Shown in pieces: positions 52,179 through 56,482 of a stretch of DNA of 56,482 bases. The notes beneath the pieces are model-generated. The model did not search any database. It was not told the origin of the DNA and saw nothing but the letters and a program-made list of their open reading frames with translations. The position numbers were made by a program, and so were the translations under genes. Source of the DNA: an uncultured Verrucomicrobia subdivision 3 bacterium (lineage in GTDB: Bacteria > Verrucomicrobiota > Verrucomicrobiia > Limisphaerales > UBA8199); assembly GCA_903912925.1 (NCBI GenBank), contig CAIWJG010000171.1, forward strand, positions 1-56,482, in the 5' to 3' direction. The first letter of the stretch is position 1. Each line of letters begins with the position of its first letter.

Positions 52179-53146
52179 GGCTTGACGAACTCCAGCGCGA
52201 TGACACCTTCCCCAGGAAGCTGTTCCACCGATTCAAAGAAGCAGTATTCCCGAGCCACCATGTAAGGCTCGCGCCAGAATGGGTAATACCGATCTGTGCG
52301 CTTCCTAGTGGCGTTCCTCAGGAAAAGGCCGGGACTGCGTTCCCCAAATATCTTACTGTTGCGCGGTTCGCCGGTGACACTGAATATCCGCTCTCGCAGC
52401 AATTCTGTATCGTAGAAGCGCTGCCAGAAAACATGCCCATCCTCCCCTTGACTGAGAACCCCATATTCATTCCGGTCGATGTACTGCTCCGACGCCTCAG
52501 CCGCACAAGGCAACGTCAGCAGCAGGCGACCGCCCGGTTTCAGCAACTCCCACATCTTTTGGACCGCCTGCCGATCTTCCGGGATATGCTCCAAAACCGA
52601 CATGCTCGTGATGGTGTCAAATGAACCGGGAGCAAATGGGACTTTTGAGATCAGGCAACTGTGCAACTTGCAGCGGGGCATCAAACCGCATGCTCGGATG
52701 AGTTTTTCGGTTTCCGCCAGGTCGGCTTTGTCTGGATTCACTAGCTCCGAGTGCAAGTCCGGATCCTGCATCAGATATAATGTGAACAACAACCGCGGCG
52801 ACGAGACATCCAGGTGGCTTCTGGAGTTGCCTTGGACTAACGCACGCCATAATACGTCCATTTCGAAATACCGCGTTGAATCCAATGGAAAAACGACCAG
52901 CAGCAAGAGCGACTTTAGGTCCATCGGGGCCTGGCGCTTCAGCCATAATCGGATCGCCAGGTAAACACACTTTACCCGAAAGCCTAATCCGGGGACCCCA
53001 GCCAAGGCGGCCATTACCAGATAGACTGGGGTGAGTGTTAACCCCAGGATTCCCAACCCCGCCATCTGCAGCCGCGAAGGGGGCCCCAGACGCGATGACT
53101 GAAGGTAGATTCTTTTCGGTGCCGTAGTTTTCAAGAATGGCTCCAA
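52175..53146 (-). CDS. Class I SAM-dependent methyltransferase
   Basis: LDVSSP, FDTITSMSVLEHI and LKPGGRLLLTLP; N-terminal hydrophobic segment. Confidence 0.85.
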   Translation of the reverse strand: MEPFLKTTAPKRIYLQSSRLGPPSRLQMAGLGILGLTLTPVYLVMAALAGVPGLGFRVKCVYLAIRLWLKRQAPMDLKSLLLLVVFPLDSTRYFEMDVLWRALVQGNSRSHLDVSSPRLLFTLYLMQDPDLHSELVNPDKADLAETEKLIRACGLMPRCKLHSCLISKVPFAPGSFDTITSMSVLEHIPEDRQAVQKMWELLKPGGRLLLTLPCAAEASEQYIDRNEYGVLSQGEDGHVFWQRFYDTELLRERIFSVTGEPRNSKIFGERSPGLFLRNATRKRTDRYYPFWREPYMVAREYCFFESVEQLPGEGVIALEFVKP

Positions 53147-53175
53147 TCGGTCCTTAACATGCCTTTCGGAAGTGC

Positions 53176-54138
53176 CTATCTGCCAGCACCCGATGACCCG
53201 ATTAATCCAGAATCCGGCGACATCGCGGTTGCCAGTTCAGGGCTGATGAACACATAGTTGAAGGCTCCGGAATTCGTCGATCTGGTTTTCATCCAAGCCG
53301 CCACATCCTGCTTCGTGACCAGTTTGGCAGGCTCGGTCGCAGTAAAAGCCTGGTAGCCTTTGTCCCAAAACAAATCAAATACCTTGCTAAAGTCCGGATT
53401 AAGCCCGGAAGGATGGAACTCCTGCAAACAAACCTCTAAGAGCCAGACCGGCTTCCGGGCACGACTCAACACGGCTTGCGCCCCGGCAAGAACCTGATAC
53501 TCCGCCCCTTCCACGTCGATCTTGATAAACAACTGCTTATCAACAAACCGCGTGTTCAATACCACATCCAACGTCGAAACCGGAATCAGTTGTTTGTAGT
53601 TGGCCGAGTATCCGGCCCACCCTTTTATTAGAGAGGCAGACGGTCCGCTCGCCCCATATAGAGTCAGCAATCCAGGTCGATTACTAAGCGCCAGAGGAAA
53701 GATTTCCACCTGCTGCTCATATCCATTGACCATCACATTGCGCATCAAACAGTTGAGGTTCTGCGGTTGTGGTTCAAACGCAACCACCTGCTTGCCGCGC
53801 TGTGAAGCCAAACAAGTGTAATACCCCAGGTTGGCACCCACATCCACAAACACATCCGTATGCGCGAGCAGTCGGCTAATGATTGCAGTTTCCTCAATTT
53901 CAAACATCCCCTCGCGCATCAGCTTGTAGGCCGGATGAAACCCCGACACGAGCTTAAATCCCAAAGGAGTCAGAACCTCGGTAGTCCTTTTCCATACCCT
54001 AGTGCCCCACCAGTCTCTGAACACATGAACCTGCCAGCCTACCTTTTGGTGGACGGCGACAATCGTTTTAGATCTTCTGAGCAGGTCTTTGAGCGACTTC
54101 GAAAAACCTGAATTGGCGGCAGATTGCGCTTTTGACAT
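53176..54138 (-). CDS. FkbM-family methyltransferase
   Basis: FVDVGANLGYY, AFEPQP.N and IKIDVEGAE. Start uncertain (54138, 54162 or 54177). Confidence 0.88.
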   Translation of the reverse strand: MSKAQSAANSGFSKSLKDLLRRSKTIVAVHQKVGWQVHVFRDWWGTRVWKRTTEVLTPLGFKLVSGFHPAYKLMREGMFEIEETAIISRLLAHTDVFVDVGANLGYYTCLASQRGKQVVAFEPQPQNLNCLMRNVMVNGYEQQVEIFPLALSNRPGLLTLYGASGPSASLIKGWAGYSANYKQLIPVSTLDVVLNTRFVDKQLFIKIDVEGAEYQVLAGAQAVLSRARKPVWLLEVCLQEFHPSGLNPDFSKVFDLFWDKGYQAFTATEPAKLVTKQDVAAWMKTRSTNSGAFNYVFISPELATAMSPDSGLIGSSGAGR

Positions 54139-54162
54139 TGGTCGGCTCGGAGGCGATTGCAT

Positions 54163-54422
54163 GTCGTGGGTAATCATGCCAAAAGTCTTAGCTTGGCTGA
54201 TTCCGGTGTCAATCGGCAACTGTCGGCGCAATTCCCTTCCCACGTCTCCCGTGTCGCCGCTGCAACGGGCGATTCACCCGGTATCACTCGACCGCATGGC
54301 AACCTCCAGAGCTCACAAGCCGGTCTGAAATCCAGAAGAACCGCTCTTGCGGTATCATCGACAGGCACTTCGCCGCCCAGTTTGATGGCGGTTGCGCCGG
54401 CACTCTCCGATTCGAATATCAT
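54163..54422 (-). pseudogene. Decayed paralog of the Nudix hydrolase at 48037-48498
   Basis: MIFESESAGATAIKLGGEVPVDDTARAVLLDFRPACELWRLPCGRVIPGESPVAAATRETWEG aligns without gaps to the intact copy. The Nudix box is broken and the frame shifts. Confidence 0.75.
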
Positions 54423-54436
54423 GCGAATATACCCAC

Positions 54437-54466
54437 AATCTAGCCGCAGCCGGCTTTGGTCGTCAA
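54437..54466 (-). promoter_or_regulatory. Sigma70-like promoter heading the Nudix-remnant/FkbM/methyltransferase/GT2 operon
   Basis: TTGACG-18 nt-TAGATT, 14 nt before the remnant ATG. Confidence 0.55.
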
Positions 54467-54639
54467 ACTCAACCTGCCGCGGTTGTTGTGCCTGTCTCGG
54501 AGCCAGCAGCAGGGGCCGCATCGCGTCGAACACGGCCTTTTTGAGCCAACTCATGACGCAGAAGAGCTGAGCGCCGAGTTTCAGATGAGGCGAATATTCT
54601 GTTTTCTTTCACCCCGGAAATGAAGAAGACTTTGGCGAT

Positions 54640-56482
54640 ATGAATCAAACGAAAACAGGCCCGGGGGGTCGCCACTCGGTCATGCGTCAGTTCGGCCTTG
54701 TCGCACTCTGTCTCTTGGTGCCGCTAGGCGTCCTCTTCCAGGACGGGTTACGTCCTGGCCACACGGTCTTTTCGAATGACGGCCCGTTGGGTGCCATCAG
54801 CGCGAAGTGTGGCAGGCCTCCCGAGGTCTTCCTCGGCTTTTGGCAGGATTTGAATTGGCTCGGGGGGGCCGCGCCAACTCCTTCCCCAGCGGTTTCGGCG
54901 GCTCTTGCCGTTGTTGGCGGACCGCTGCTGTTCTCGAAGATTTACGCACCTTTCACCCTGTTGTTCCTGGGGCTGAGCGCCTGGCTCTGCTTCCGGCAGT
55001 GGAATCTCTCTCCCGTAGCATGCCTACTGGGCGGTCTGGCCGCCGCGTTGAACTCGGATTTCCTTTCCACCGCTTGCTGGGGTGTGGCGTCCCAACCATT
55101 GAGTTTCGGGCTCGACTTCCTGGCGCTGGCGGCGCTGGCCGACCAGACCTCACCCCGGCGGTGGCTGCGGGTGGCGCTGGCGGGTTTTGCGGTTGGCATG
55201 GGTGTGATGGAGGCGTTTGATATCGGGGCGATCTTCAGCGTGTTGCTGGCAGCGTTCATCCTTTTTCAGGCTTTGACCGGCGAAGGAACGGCACCTCGCA
55301 AGCTGGCCGCGGGCGTGGCTCGCCTCGCCTTAGTGGTCCTCTGCGCAGCCTTCATAGCTGTCTCGGCGGTCGTTGGGCTGGTCGGCACCCAGATCAAGGG
55401 GGTCGCCGGCATGGGGCAGGATGCGGAGAGCAAAGCCCAGCGCTGGGATGAGGCAACGATGTGGAGCCTGCCCAAGGCCGAAACCCTTAGCCTGCTCGTT
55501 CCGGGCCTGTTTGGCTATCGGATGGACACGCCTGAAGGGGGCAATTACTGGGGCCGCATTGGACGCCACGGGGCGTGGGACAGGTACTTCGCTTCAGGCA
55601 AGCAGGAACCGCGGCCTGATCCAAACAGGCTCTTTATCCGTTATAGCGGAGGTGGCAACTACGCGGGCGTGATTGTGGTGCTGATCGCCTTGTGGTCGGT
55701 GGCCCAGGCGTTTCGGAAGAGGGAGTCGGTCTTCCCGACTGCCCAACGCAAGATGATCTGGTTTTGGAGCGCGGTGGCGTTTGTTGGCCTGCTGATGGCT
55801 TTTGGCCGGTATGCGCCGCTCTACCATTTGTTCTACGCCCTGCCGTTTGCCTCGACCATCCGCAACCCGGCCAAATTCACTCATGTTGTCGAATGGGCGC
55901 TGGTGATCCTTTTTGCCTACGGTGTGCACGGCTTGACCCGGAGCTGGCAGGTCGCGCCGGCAGCGGCCGGCCGGGGGTTCTCGGCGCAATGGCGGGCCTG
56001 GTGGTCGAAGGCTGGGGCCTTTGACCGGAACTGGGTGAAAGGCTCGGTGATTGCTCTGGCCGCGAGCCTGGTGGGCTGGTTGATCTACTCCGCCTCGCGC
56101 GAGCGGTTGGTGGCCTACTTGCAGGAGGTGGGATTCGAGGGCGCCATGGCCGGCGACATCGCCGGTTTCAGCATCCGGCAGACGGGCTGGTTCGTGGTCT
56201 GGCTGGCGTTCGCCCTCAGCCTGCTGACCCTGCTACTGAGTGGCTGCTTCGACGGACGGCGGGCGCGGGCGGGGGCGATCCTGCTCGGGCTGCTGCTGGT
56301 GCTGGACCTGGGGCTGGCTAACTGGCGCTGGATCAAGACCTGGGATTGGGAGCAGAAGTACGCCACGAACCCGGTCATTGATTTCCTGCGCGAGAAGCCT
56401 TACGAACACCGGGTGGCGGGCCTGCCGTTCCATCCGCCGGGGCAGCTTGGGCTTCTCAACCAGCTTTACGACATCGAGTGGA
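54640..56482 (+). CDS. YfhO-like polytopic membrane protein (putative GT-C glycosyltransferase), 3'-truncated by the window end
   Basis: Open frame from ATG 54640 to the window end, absent from the ORF track because it has no stop. Contains FSNDGP, WSLPKAETLSLLVPGLFG, YAGVIV, IRNPAKF and many transmembrane helices. Confidence 0.8.
   Translation, partial: MNQTKTGPGGRHSVMRQFGLVALCLLVPLGVLFQDGLRPGHTVFSNDGPLGAISAKCGRPPEVFLGFWQDLNWLGGAAPTPSPAVSAALAVVGGPLLFSKIYAPFTLLFLGLSAWLCFRQWNLSPVACLLGGLAAALNSDFLSTACWGVASQPLSFGLDFLALAALADQTSPRRWLRVALAGFAVGMGVMEAFDIGAIFSVLLAAFILFQALTGEGTAPRKLAAGVARLALVVLCAAFIAVSAVVGLVGTQIKGVAGMGQDAESKAQRWDEATMWSLPKAETLSLLVPGLFGYRMDTPEGGNYWGRIGRHGAWDRYFASGKQEPRPDPNRLFIRYSGGGNYAGVIVVLIALWSVAQAFRKRESVFPTAQRKMIWFWSAVAFVGLLMAFGRYAPLYHLFYALPFASTIRNPAKFTHVVEWALVILFAYGVHGLTRSWQVAPAAAGRGFSAQWRAWWSKAGAFDRNWVKGSVIALAASLVGWLIYSASRERLVAYLQEVGFEGAMAGDIAGFSIRQTGWFVVWLAFALSLLTLLLSGCFDGRRARAGAILLGLLLVLDLGLANWRWIKTWDWEQKYATNPVIDFLREKPYEHRVAGLPFHPPGQLGLLNQLYDIEW

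Overview
A GC-rich bacterial chromosomal window. Gene content, repeat types and a C-terminal 'RFYR' motif suggest Verrucomicrobiota (Pedosphaera/Limisphaera-like); this is an inference. About 1-42 kb is mostly housekeeping: thyA-folA, murJ, a PfkB kinase, cysE, deoC, argG, ptsI, asd, ychF, ispA, rpoZ, smpB, rpmB, murA, prmC, a GabD-like dehydrogenase and HU. It also holds a GH-A/GT2 fusion, a five-gene secretin/PilM/GspE (T2SS/type IV pilus-like) operon, and two toxin-antitoxin hot spots. One hot spot is an intact Phd-VapC pair in a small repeat-bounded island; the other holds DUF4160 and VapC remnants around an orphan DUF2442 gene. About 42.5-56.5 kb is a surface-glycan tailoring locus: cobalamin radical SAM, Fcl-like epimerase/reductase, split transketolase, HddA-like heptose kinase, Nudix, sugar C-methyltransferase, Gmd-like dehydratase, GT2, two further methyltransferases and a YfhO-like membrane protein cut by the window end. 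This locus is the best candidate for undescribed biochemistry (a methylated or branched sugar). Intergenic DNA is dense in REP/REPIN-like palindromes, MITE-like elements and 7-10 nt tandem repeats. No rRNA, tRNA, CRISPR array or intact transposase/integrase was seen. All calls come from motif recognition by eye; no searches were run.
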